Shown here in pieces: positions 54,504 through 63,483 of a stretch of DNA of 64,000 nt. Each line of letters opens with the position of its first letter. Positions within the stretch are counted from its first letter, which is position 1. A model generated the notes under the pieces. The model was not told the origin of the DNA. It was given only the letters and a program-made list of their open reading frames with translations, and searched no databases. The stretch is from an uncultured Acidobacteriota bacterium (GTDB lineage Bacteria > Acidobacteriota > UBA6911 > RPQK01 > JAPXNP01): assembly GCA_963777605.1 (NCBI GenBank), contig CAVZRV010000008.1, positions 416,001 to 480,000 on the forward strand. Reading direction: 5' to 3'. Position numbers and translations under genes: made by a program.

Positions 54504-55427
54504 CTAAGCGGCGTTTTTTCGTGGCGTATGCCCCTGGTGGCGCAGTGGCCGCTCAGTTGGGTGCTGGGCGTAGTATTCAGCCGCTAGAATCGCGTTTATA
54601 AGCCCCGTTTTACGCATACCAAGCGTGCGCGCCATGCTCATGTCCGTTTCGCCGCTGCCAACACCCAAAAATTGCAGCGAACTGGGGTTAATGTGCGAGC
54701 TCATTGCGTTCGCACCGAGGCCGTTTAGGGTGGTAGCATGTTCACTCATGCCGGCCGTTTCATCAATAGTGGATGTATCAAGATAGTTAATTTGCGGTGG
54801 AATGCCCAGCGAACGGCACACTAACTCTTCCGAGCGGCCACCAAGGCTCATTTCGCCGTCTAATATCATCAGCATAGCTTGCACATTGTTGGGTTCGAGC
54901 CGGCCGCCCTTTTCCTGTGCGCGTTCAATCAGTAGCTTGCGGTATTCACTGGCGAGCTGCTTGTAGTGCCCCCAGCGCACGTCGTGATCAAGCGACGAAT
55001 CGGTAAAGCCAGGCAGGGCAAGGGTAGGGGTAATCTTCTCACTAATCACCGCCGCATCATCTTTTTCAACGCCCATCATCACGTGGAACCAAAACAATAG
55101 GTAATCGCTCTGCGACCAACCCTTCATTTTGCCCACTTCAGACGGCAAAATAATATCGGCTTCGGTAAACATTGGATGTTGGTACAGCAAAGCACGCTTA
55201 GCGATGTCGCCGTAGCTGCTATTTTTACCAATCACTTCGCCAATCCCAAGCTGCTTGTCACGGGCATAGCCACCACTAGTGATTGCCATACTCAGGTAAA
55301 TCGTGGGGTCTAAGCCTTCATCGACTAAATAGTCATCGTACAATTCGTAGGCTTCTTGGGGTTCTACACGGCGCTCGGCGGCGTAGGCTTCCATGGTTTC
55401 AAAAACGGGGCGATAGGGGCTGGGCAT
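54504..55427 (-). CDS. Hypothetical protein, possibly nucleoside-deoxyribosyltransferase/DUF4406-like fold
   Basis: AAGGAG RBS; IYLSMAITSGG and D...SLGGRSEELVCRSLGIP motifs. Confidence 0.55.
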   Translation of the reverse strand: MPSPYRPVFETMEAYAAERRVEPQEAYELYDDYLVDEGLDPTIYLSMAITSGGYARDKQLGIGEVIGKNSSYGDIAKRALLYQHPMFTEADIILPSEVGKMKGWSQSDYLLFWFHVMMGVEKDDAAVISEKITPTLALPGFTDSSLDHDVRWGHYKQLASEYRKLLIERAQEKGGRLEPNNVQAMLMILDGEMSLGGRSEELVCRSLGIPPQINYLDTSTIDETAGMSEHATTLNGLGANAMSSHINPSSLQFLGVGSGETDMSMARTLGMRKTGLINAILAAEYYAQHPTERPLRHQGHTPRKNAA

Positions 55428-55551
55428 TGCTACTCCTTTTGTGTCGTTAGCTGCACCCACCATGCGTTAACCCTTACTTTAGTGGCACCTGCCCAGGCTG
55501 TCAATTACACCACTTTAAGCCCTGGCCACAGTTTGCTACAATAGACATAAT

Positions 55552-56127
55552 ATGAAGCGACTACAGTTGGCGCGGCCGCACGCGATTATGATGGTAGGGT
55601 TGCCCGGAAGCGGGAAGAGTTTTTTTGCTGAAAAATTTGCCGAAACCTTCACTGCACCCTATATCGACAGCTTAAGCATCGAGCAAGAAGCAAAAGACGC
55701 CGAATCTGCCGGCCGGTTAATCACCATGATGGTTGCAGAAGTTGCTAAAACCAACCAGACCTTTATTTTTGAAGGCAATTCCGACAGCCGCGTCATGCGC
55801 ACCGAGTTCGCCCGCTGGGCCCGCAAAAACGATTACCACCCCCTATTTATTTGGGTGCAGACCGACGCAAACACCTGCTTAAAACGCACCCTCAAAAACG
55901 GCACATTAGACCAACATGGCTTTGAAGACGTATACCACACCTTTAGCCCACCCCACGAAAGCGAAAAGGCAATTGTGGTGAGCGGTAAGCACACCTTTGC
56001 TAGCCAGGTACGCACCGTACTTAACTTCCTTACTAAGCAAACGCGCCCAGGAACCGCAGTTTTGGCATCGCCACCACCACGGCCACAGGCATCGCACGGC
56101 AACCGCAGCGCCAAACTTATACGATAA
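55552..56127 (+). CDS. P-loop kinase/AAA_33-family protein
   Basis: MVGLPGSGKS Walker A near the N-terminus. Confidence 0.8.
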   Translation: MKRLQLARPHAIMMVGLPGSGKSFFAEKFAETFTAPYIDSLSIEQEAKDAESAGRLITMMVAEVAKTNQTFIFEGNSDSRVMRTEFARWARKNDYHPLFIWVQTDANTCLKRTLKNGTLDQHGFEDVYHTFSPPHESEKAIVVSGKHTFASQVRTVLNFLTKQTRPGTAVLASPPPRPQASHGNRSAKLIR

Positions 56128-56139
56128 TAACTACTCACT

Positions 56140-56844
56140 ATGGCAGACTCTACGTTTACTGACCGCGAATTCGGTGCTATTACGGTTCGACGCCTACGCC
56201 AAAGCCGTAGCGTAAAAGTACGCTTAGCACCAAATGGTGGATTGGTGGTAAGCGCACCGCGCTATACACCGATTGCCTATGTAAAACTGGTTATCGAAAC
56301 CTCCCGCACCGAACTACGCGCCCTTGCGGCCAAGCACATACCCGAACATTCCTACGCGCACGGCCAGGCAGTTGGCAAAGAACACTCCATTGCCGTGGTG
56401 CAAACCGGCACCGTAAAAGCGCCTTCTGTAAGCCTGGTGCGCAAGCATGTAGTAGTAAAGGTTCCGCCAAACCACGATATAACCGCCAAGCATACGCAAG
56501 GCCTTATTCGCGACGGCGTGGCACGTGCCTTACGCGCAGAAGCCAAGCGCATTCTACCTGGTAAATTAAAAGCCTATGCCAGCAAATATGGCTTTCATTA
56601 CGATCGAATCCGCTTCAGCCACGCCGGCAGTAGGTGGGGAAGCTGTAGTAGTACCGGCACGATTAGCCTTAATATCGCCCTTATGAAGCTACCCGACCAA
56701 CTGATTGATTATGTGATTGTACACGAACTCTGCCACACCCAGCATATGAACCATTCTGGCCAGTTTTGGAATGCAGTTGAGCGCATTGATCCACTGTTTA
56801 AATCGCACCGCACACAGCTAAAACGCTTCGACACGCGGCTTTAG
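56140..56844 (+). CDS. YgjP/DUF45-family metal-dependent hydrolase
   Basis: SRWGSCS, IDYVIVHELCH, NHS..FW. Confidence 0.9.
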   Translation: MADSTFTDREFGAITVRRLRQSRSVKVRLAPNGGLVVSAPRYTPIAYVKLVIETSRTELRALAAKHIPEHSYAHGQAVGKEHSIAVVQTGTVKAPSVSLVRKHVVVKVPPNHDITAKHTQGLIRDGVARALRAEAKRILPGKLKAYASKYGFHYDRIRFSHAGSRWGSCSSTGTISLNIALMKLPDQLIDYVIVHELCHTQHMNHSGQFWNAVERIDPLFKSHRTQLKRFDTRL

Positions 56845-56883
56845 CCTTTTCATTCAACACGCTTGCGGCTATAATAAAGTCAC

Positions 56884-58515
56884 ATGAAAAAGGGAGGGAT
56901 GCTCGTCAATCAACGAACCGCCTACATTATCCGGTTTGCCGGTTTTCTTATTCCTGTTGTCTTAACGCTGTACGGTATTATGATCCAGATCGGCGCCGTG
57001 TATGCCGAGCATTACAGTGGCGACGCCATATTCTACACCATCACAGCTGGCTGGCTGGCACTGGGGATTTATCAGTTCCTTTCGGTATCCCAATCACGAC
57101 TTAATTCTGCCCTGAGGCTCATTGGCTACCACATATTTACCGTAGCGTACATTTTGTTTGTGGCAGGCTATTCAATGCCATTTATTAGCGCCTGGGCAGT
57201 GCTGTTTCTGGCTTCCTACGCTTACTTTTCGCGCGATGGCCTACGCCTAAGTATTTTCGTATTCTTTGCAGCGGCTGTTGCTGACGTATTAATGCACCTT
57301 GAAGACACCAGCTATGTGCTTTCAAATATGCTAGCCATGGTTGCTACCTTTATTGTGGGGATTGTGGCTGTGGCGATTAGCCAAGCACAAGAAGTCGACC
57401 GCAGCGAGCTTACCCGGAGCCGAGCCGAAGAAGTACTGCAGCGCGAACGGATGCTCACCCTTATCAACAACCTGGCCGATGCAATCATGAGCACCGACCG
57501 CGACGGCAACATTCAGCTGTATAATGCCGCAACCCTCGGGCTCCTCGATACCAACGAAGATTTAATTGGGAAGCGTATCGACGATGTCATAAAGCTGATT
57601 GATAAAGAACAAAAACCGTTTCGCTTGGGCCGCAGCTTTAAACACACCCACAGCGTGCAGGCACGCGATGATTTAAGCGCCGTTATTTCTAGTGAAACCT
57701 TCCATTTAAGCGTGATTTATTCGCCAATCCGCGGCACCGATAGCACCCACACCGACGACGAGGATGGCTACATTGTCATTTTGCGTGACATCACCAAGCA
57801 AAAATCGCTTGAAGAAGAACGTGACGAATTTATCAGCGTGGTCAGCCACGAATTACGCACACCTATCACCGTTGCCGAAGGAACATTAAGTAACGCGCAG
57901 ATTATGATGAGCCGCGATGATATTCCAAAATCCACCCTTACCGAAAGTGTGACGATGGCGCATGACCAAGTTATCTTCCTGGCTAAAATGGTGAACGATC
58001 TTTCGACATTAAGCCGTGCGGAACGGGGCGTGGCCGATGAAGCAGAGGAAATTGATGTAGAAGCAATGGCCCACAGCCTATTCGCAGAATACGAACCAGA
58101 AGCTGCCAAGAAGGGGCTCACACTTGACCTAGACTTGTCACCAAAAGTGGGGAGTGTATTCGCAAGCAGCCTATACCTCCGCGAACTGCTGCAAAACTTT
58201 ATCACCAATTCAATCAAGTACACCAAAGAAGGCAGTGTCACAATCATTATCAGCAAGCCGCGCAGTGATATCATTAGCTTCAGCGTAAAAGACACCGGTA
58301 TCGGCATCAGTAAATCCGACCAATCGCGCATCTTTGATAAGTTCTATCGCGCCGAAGATTACCGGACCCGCGAAACCAGCGGCACCGGCCTTGGGCTCTA
58401 TGTGGCGGTCAAGCTCGCGAAAAAACTTGGTACACACATCACCATGAAATCGCGCTTAAACCACGGCTCAACCTTTGGTTTTGAGTTACCCGTTCATGTT
58501 GCAAAAGATAAATAA
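56884..58515 (+). CDS. Membrane PAS sensor histidine kinase
   Basis: Multiple N-terminal TMs, PAS, SHELRTP, NSIKYT, DTGIGI, GTGLGL. Confidence 0.92.
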   Translation: MKKGGMLVNQRTAYIIRFAGFLIPVVLTLYGIMIQIGAVYAEHYSGDAIFYTITAGWLALGIYQFLSVSQSRLNSALRLIGYHIFTVAYILFVAGYSMPFISAWAVLFLASYAYFSRDGLRLSIFVFFAAAVADVLMHLEDTSYVLSNMLAMVATFIVGIVAVAISQAQEVDRSELTRSRAEEVLQRERMLTLINNLADAIMSTDRDGNIQLYNAATLGLLDTNEDLIGKRIDDVIKLIDKEQKPFRLGRSFKHTHSVQARDDLSAVISSETFHLSVIYSPIRGTDSTHTDDEDGYIVILRDITKQKSLEEERDEFISVVSHELRTPITVAEGTLSNAQIMMSRDDIPKSTLTESVTMAHDQVIFLAKMVNDLSTLSRAERGVADEAEEIDVEAMAHSLFAEYEPEAAKKGLTLDLDLSPKVGSVFASSLYLRELLQNFITNSIKYTKEGSVTIIISKPRSDIISFSVKDTGIGISKSDQSRIFDKFYRAEDYRTRETSGTGLGLYVAVKLAKKLGTHITMKSRLNHGSTFGFELPVHVAKDK

Positions 58516-58533
58516 ATATTTTATAATTACTAT

Positions 58534-59079
58534 ATGAAACTTGAGCTCCGCGCACCCGAGCGCGAAGATATGCAGCAAATCCGCGAACTTATTGCCCATG
58601 ATTATGGGCGGCTTGCCGTTGAGCTATACAACGTTAATGGCTTAACGATGAAATTTATTGAGCCTGCCGAAGACGCTGATAATACCGTTGTGGCCGATTA
58701 TCACAGCGGTGAAGTATATGCCATTTGCTCGAGTGAGCCCTGGAAAGCCACCGATGCAGCACCCTATACTCGCGGCGGCATCGATGCAGCGGCGCAACTG
58801 GCAGCAACCGGCATCTACGACACTATGCAAGGCATCCACACGCTCGCAGCCTACTCGTACGCCCCTGATTCACCACTCGACACCACCTTTATAGATTTGT
58901 TAAGCCCCAGCTATTCATACCGTGCCGCCGTTGCTGGGCGTGACCTGGCTAAGCAAACCCTTATGCGCCGCCACGGCTTTCACTATAACGGCAATCACTC
59001 CCAACATTCGACGTTTGGCAATATGCGCCTGCTGACGCGCCGTGGACGCTACGACTTTTCGCGCAGTGATGACTATTGA
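58534..59079 (+). CDS. Hypothetical protein (weak GNAT-like appearance)
   Basis: 181-aa ORF; N-terminal LELR....D...I..L pattern only. Confidence 0.55.
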   Translation: MKLELRAPEREDMQQIRELIAHDYGRLAVELYNVNGLTMKFIEPAEDADNTVVADYHSGEVYAICSSEPWKATDAAPYTRGGIDAAAQLAATGIYDTMQGIHTLAAYSYAPDSPLDTTFIDLLSPSYSYRAAVAGRDLAKQTLMRRHGFHYNGNHSQHSTFGNMRLLTRRGRYDFSRSDDY

Positions 59080-59157
59080 CGAATCGCCCCCTAGTTGCTA
59101 CACTACACTTGACAGTCTGCAACAAGCAGACTTTTTCATTTGGGAGAAGCAACAACA

Positions 59158-59559
59158 ATGGCAAAGAAAACGAAAACCAAGTCAGCACCTGCTCGTAAGA
59201 CCACGTCTGACACGCATGTCACCCGCATTACTGCGTCTGATAGCAGTACACCAAAAGCCAAGAAGGCGAGCACAACCACAAAAGGTAAGGCTGCGCCTTC
59301 AGCGGCACGCAAGATTCGCGTCAGCGCACCAAAGGTTAAAAACCTTAATGTGACCGGCGGCCGTTTTAATCCGCTGCGCCCACTACTGCGCTACCTTAAA
59401 GGTTCGTGGTACGAACTCCGCCAAGTACGCTGGCCAGATCGCCGCGCAACTTGGGGTTTAACTGGTGCGTTAATCGTATTTGTCGTTTTCTTTGTCGTCA
59501 TTATTACGCTTCTCGATGCCGGATTTGAATATTTGTTTAACATCATGATAGGAAAATAA
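59158..59559 (+). CDS. secE: SecE with long Lys-rich N-terminal extension (second genome)
   Basis: YLKGSWYELRQVRWP.RRATW plus TM; directly upstream of nusG. Confidence 0.9.
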   Translation: MAKKTKTKSAPARKTTSDTHVTRITASDSSTPKAKKASTTTKGKAAPSAARKIRVSAPKVKNLNVTGGRFNPLRPLLRYLKGSWYELRQVRWPDRRATWGLTGALIVFVVFFVVIITLLDAGFEYLFNIMIGK

Positions 59560-59560
59560 T

Positions 59561-60106
59561 ATGTCTAAGAATCGTTATGACAGCTCGCGAAACTGGTATG
59601 CTATCCACACCTACAGCGGCTATGAAGAAAAGGTAGCAGAATCAATCAAACAGCGCATTCAGGCGGTCGACATGGCCGACAAAATCTTTGATGCGATTGT
59701 GCCAAAAGAAAAGCAAATTCAGATTAAGAACGGTAAGCGTAAAGTGGTAGAAGCTAAGATTTTCCAAGGCTACGTGCTGGTAGAAATGAAGCTGACCGAA
59801 GAAACCTGGTTTATCGTCCGCAACACGCCTGGTGTAACCGGTTTTGTGGGAAGCGGCAGCGAACCGACCCCAGTATCTGACAGTGAAATTTCAAAGATCA
59901 AGAAACGCATGGGCGTGGAAGATCCAAAGCACCAAATCGACTTTTCAGAAGGCGAAGTGGTAAGCATTGTCGATGGCCCATTCAAGGGATTCGATGGTGC
60001 GGTATCTGAAATCGACACCGCTAAAGGCAAGCTGCGCGTGATGGTCAGCATGTTTGGCCGCGACACTCCCGTCGAGCTCGACGCATTGCAAGTGAAGAAA
60101 GTTTAA
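59561..60106 (+). CDS. nusG: NusG (second genome)
   Basis: [40 protein letters not shown]. Confidence 0.97.
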   Translation: MSKNRYDSSRNWYAIHTYSGYEEKVAESIKQRIQAVDMADKIFDAIVPKEKQIQIKNGKRKVVEAKIFQGYVLVEMKLTEETWFIVRNTPGVTGFVGSGSEPTPVSDSEISKIKKRMGVEDPKHQIDFSEGEVVSIVDGPFKGFDGAVSEIDTAKGKLRVMVSMFGRDTPVELDALQVKKV

Positions 60107-60126
60107 TCGGAACTATAGCGCCAATT

Positions 60127-60154
60127 AAAATACCCCGGGTTTCCCCGGGGTTTT
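60127..60154. terminator. Bidirectional Rho-independent terminator
   Basis: A run, accccggg-tttc-cccggggt, T run, between convergent genes. Confidence 0.75.
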
Positions 60155-60162
60155 CTCGAATA

Positions 60163-61740
60163 TTACTTGCTCAGCGTTTCGGTACTCGTCTGGGTACCGT
60201 CCTGCGTCACAACCGTCTGCTTCACCTTGACACTGTTGCTGCCGACGGAAAGAATCTGCACCTTGACGAGAAGCTTCTCGCTCTGGAGCACCTTCGTTCC
60301 ATCGATATCCGAGTTCACATGGAAGCTCGCGGTGATGATGTCACCGACCGCAGCATTCTTTGTGATGTCGAAGTATTCCGTCTGGCCGTTGGCGAGATTC
60401 ATCGCCTTCGACAGCTTTCTGCCAGCAGCGTTGTCCACGTAGACATGGCCCACGTAGTACCGCTTGGCGTACTGCGGGTGCGCCGGCGTGGTGAACGAAA
60501 CACCCGCCGAACACGACTCACAGCCTGCTCCAACCTGGATAAGCGCCTTGGCCCACGCAGGGCACACGACCGTGTAGCTACCTGACAGCGTGACCCAGCT
60601 CGTCGCACAGGCCCCGCCCACAGTGTTCGTGTAGCAGTACTTGTCGATCAGCACGTCACCATCGTTCATGTAGAACGTCTTGGACACGCTGGCGCCGGGG
60701 GCGGCACTGATGTAGCCGACCACCGCACCGGTGAACTTGTTGACAATGGCGTGCTTGATGGGCTTCGCGTTCTCGCGGTGCACCACACTCACCTTGACAG
60801 GGATGTTGGTCCCGTCACAGTCGGTAGTACACGTCGTCGCGAACGATACCTTGTGCGCAAAGAGCTGGAACGTGTTGTAGCCATAATCACGGTTGTAGTA
60901 AGTCGACCCGATCAGGCGCTGCCGACTGCTCGACGACGGGAAGGTGATGCGCGTCTTGAAGGACGATGGCGCATACACGTAGGCGTTTGCGCGTGCCTCA
61001 CCCGTACCTGTTCGCTTGAACTTGAACGAGGTGTAGCCGAAGCCAGTCTTGCCCTTGTTGCCGGAAGTGCCGTTCACCGAAATGATCTGCAACCCACGAT
61101 TGGTGATCGTGAGCGGCATACCCTTCGGTGCCCACAGGCCGTTGTGCTTGTTCGTGATCTTGACCTTGCCGGTCGCAACGCCACCAACCTCAACCGAGGG
61201 CAGGGTAACCGTGACCTTCAGGCCACCGTACCCACGCTTGGCGCGGTTGATGATGTTGTTGATGCCACTGACGTCGTACTTCGTGAGGTAGCCACGGTTG
61301 ACCATGTCGTAGTAGTAGCTCCGGCCACCAGACGACAGCAGTCGCCAGATGGCAAAGCTCGTCCGGTAAGACGTCTTGTTACTGAAATCCTTGTTACGGA
61401 AATAGTCATTGGCGATGTACGTCGCCAAATCCTTGTAGTAGTTGGAAGCGGAACCGGGCAGGTTCGTGGCCACACCAACGATGTCGGTGTTAGCAACTCC
61501 CTTGTTCGGCTCACTACAGAAGCCCTTGAACTTGCCGGGAATGACCTTGAGGCCGACGTGACCGCCGACACTCCGACCCTTACCAGCAGGGAACGACTTG
61601 CCGTAGCTGTTTACGGCGCTCACGTACGTAGCTGCCTCTGCGGGCGCAGCCGTAGCAACGGCAGCACCCGTCAGCATGATCAGCGGGATAGGAGCGCCCA
61701 GAAGACGCCTGACGGCACTACTGCGAGGCGATGCACTCAT
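60163..61740 (-). CDS. Secreted surface protein with thioester-domain-like N-terminus and Cys-paired beta domains
   Basis: Signal peptide ...AAPAEA/A; GFCSEP (C75), TSFAIW (W132), SRQRLIG (Q274). Confidence 0.6.
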   Translation of the reverse strand: MSASPRSSAVRRLLGAPIPLIMLTGAAVATAAPAEAATYVSAVNSYGKSFPAGKGRSVGGHVGLKVIPGKFKGFCSEPNKGVANTDIVGVATNLPGSASNYYKDLATYIANDYFRNKDFSNKTSYRTSFAIWRLLSSGGRSYYYDMVNRGYLTKYDVSGINNIINRAKRGYGGLKVTVTLPSVEVGGVATGKVKITNKHNGLWAPKGMPLTITNRGLQIISVNGTSGNKGKTGFGYTSFKFKRTGTGEARANAYVYAPSSFKTRITFPSSSSRQRLIGSTYYNRDYGYNTFQLFAHKVSFATTCTTDCDGTNIPVKVSVVHRENAKPIKHAIVNKFTGAVVGYISAAPGASVSKTFYMNDGDVLIDKYCYTNTVGGACATSWVTLSGSYTVVCPAWAKALIQVGAGCESCSAGVSFTTPAHPQYAKRYYVGHVYVDNAAGRKLSKAMNLANGQTEYFDITKNAAVGDIITASFHVNSDIDGTKVLQSEKLLVKVQILSVGSNSVKVKQTVVTQDGTQTSTETLSK

Positions 61741-61851
61741 GCCGGTTCCTTTCTGCAGGGAAACGTATGTATTCGAGATGTTAAGTCGAATCGACCCACC
61801 TCGAATCGATACGTCTTTTGGTGGCCCCCTAGGGGGACCTTGGACTGCATA

Positions 61852-61880
61852 ATTATAGTAGTATAACTATATTTTGTCAA
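61852..61880 (-). promoter_or_regulatory. Perfect consensus sigma70 promoter for 60163-61740
   Basis: Minus strand TTGACA-17 bp-TATAAT. Confidence 0.85.
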
Positions 61881-61893
61881 TTTTTTGTATCTA

Positions 61894-61922
61894 TAGACAT
61901 TTCGTTCTTTATATTATATAAT
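61894..61922 (+). promoter_or_regulatory. Divergent sigma70 promoter
   Basis: TAGACA-17 bp-TATAAT; RBS TAAGGAGG before 61960. Confidence 0.75.
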
Positions 61923-61959
61923 TTCTACATTCGAGCACCTAAGCCATAAGGAGGCACCA

Positions 61960-62331
61960 ATGCTCGACGATATCAGAAAAGCTTGGCTCTACCGCCACAT
62001 GAATCCGATGGATGCCGATGTGCTTGGCGCACGCGCTGAGGAACGTGCCATGGCCGTTCAAGCTGCGACCGATCGCATGCACCACGGTGTTGGGCGACTG
62101 CACGCCAGTGGGCCGATGAATAACTCACTCGAGGCCCGTCGGAGCGCCGTCATGCGGGCAATGGCCATCGAAGAGGCTCACGTCCAGGATCTCACCGAAC
62201 TTTACCAAGCAGTGGCACACTACCGTGGCTGCAACAGCGAAGAGTGTGAGCGCATTCAGTCCGGCTGGGCATACAAGCTACTCAGTGCACTGGGTTTGGC
62301 GTCAAGGCCAGCATTCAAAGAGCACATCTGA
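61960..62331 (+). CDS. Hypothetical protein
   Basis: Promoter, strong RBS, downstream hairpin accggc...gccggttttt. Confidence 0.7.
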   Translation: MLDDIRKAWLYRHMNPMDADVLGARAEERAMAVQAATDRMHHGVGRLHASGPMNNSLEARRSAVMRAMAIEEAHVQDLTELYQAVAHYRGCNSEECERIQSGWAYKLLSALGLASRPAFKEHI

Positions 62332-62416
62332 CATCACCGCACCGGCTTACGCATCACGCGATAGGCCGGTTTTTCTTGCGTATCCATAGGCTGGGGTGTT
62401 ACAACTAATAGGAACT

Positions 62417-62677
62417 ATGACTACATCTTATGAAACCCCCTCACATCGCTTTACGCTCGAACAAATGCGCCTACACCAACCACCAAAACCCGATTCAACA
62501 CCCATAACGCACGAAGGCCCAAGCCTTGATGAAGTGCATGCTGAGCTCGCCGGCCTGTCGCCTGAAGCGCTACAGGCGTTAGCACTCGAAGAACAGCTCA
62601 CCCGACACAGGTTGAGTGTCGAAACGCGCACCTCGCTGACACGCAGCGCCGCACTGGCCGAGTTATTAGGGTTATAG
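62417..62677 (+). CDS. Small hypothetical protein
   Basis: ORF with plausible composition; no motif. Confidence 0.5.
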   Translation: MTTSYETPSHRFTLEQMRLHQPPKPDSTPITHEGPSLDEVHAELAGLSPEALQALALEEQLTRHRLSVETRTSLTRSAALAELLGL

Positions 62678-62743
62678 ATTGCCAAAATAGCAGTTCGATG
62701 GTATGATACATCGCATTACTTACAAAAGCGAGATGAGAAACTG

Positions 62744-63448
62744 ATGCCTTCAACTTTTGACTACCCACCAGGCGATGGTGACGACGAACAACCAAATATG
62801 GATGCGTTTGAACAAGAATTCAACGACATCACGGGTGAACTGAACGAAATAGGCAGGATACCCGACCTAATGAGCGATGTTGCAGGATTTCGCGAAGCGA
62901 TTATTGACCTGATGGACGCAAAAATGAAGGTGGCCGACCCGAGGGGCAATTTTGACCGCGGCATTGTTGAAACCAAACGGCAGCTTTACGACGCCGCAGC
63001 GGATTTGTTCAGAGCAATTATCGAAGACACGCCGTCGGTTGAAGAACTGAAGCCAACACTCACTCGGCTACTAAATGATGAATTCGACACGTGGGTGGAG
63101 GCGCTTGGCGAACTTTCTGAAGGCCGGTTCGATCATACCAAGTATGACGATGAGGGCGACTCAGCCGAAGCGGTAGAGGGCGAAATTGAAGAACACATCG
63201 TTGAAGACGATAACCGCGACGCACTCGCAAAGTGTGTTGCCAACCACTACCATGGCATCGTTGACGACATGCTAGAAGATTTCGAAGAATTTTACCCCGA
63301 AGAAGGTGAGTTGCAGCGCTCGTACCGCGATTATACAAAAGAAGAAATCATCAGTGGTGCAACGGTATTACTCGGCAAGGCGGCATTTCAAGCCGTAACG
63401 ATTGCGGCTGGGATATTGATTGCCGAGCGATTTAAGCGTAACCGGTAA
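62744..63448 (+). CDS. Acidic helical protein with C-terminal membrane anchor
   Basis: Asp/Glu-rich; terminal hydrophobic stretch then KRNR. Confidence 0.7.
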   Translation: MPSTFDYPPGDGDDEQPNMDAFEQEFNDITGELNEIGRIPDLMSDVAGFREAIIDLMDAKMKVADPRGNFDRGIVETKRQLYDAAADLFRAIIEDTPSVEELKPTLTRLLNDEFDTWVEALGELSEGRFDHTKYDDEGDSAEAVEGEIEEHIVEDDNRDALAKCVANHYHGIVDDMLEDFEEFYPEEGELQRSYRDYTKEEIISGATVLLGKAAFQAVTIAAGILIAERFKRNR

Positions 63449-63483
63449 TTGTATTTTATAAGTTTTTGTGATATAATATATTT

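Noticed and set aside
51432-60106. Second nusG as a specialised paralog (RfaH/LoaP/UpxY) for the glycan locus
   Set aside because: Both copies are housekeeping-type and follow secE; the second belongs to a different genome
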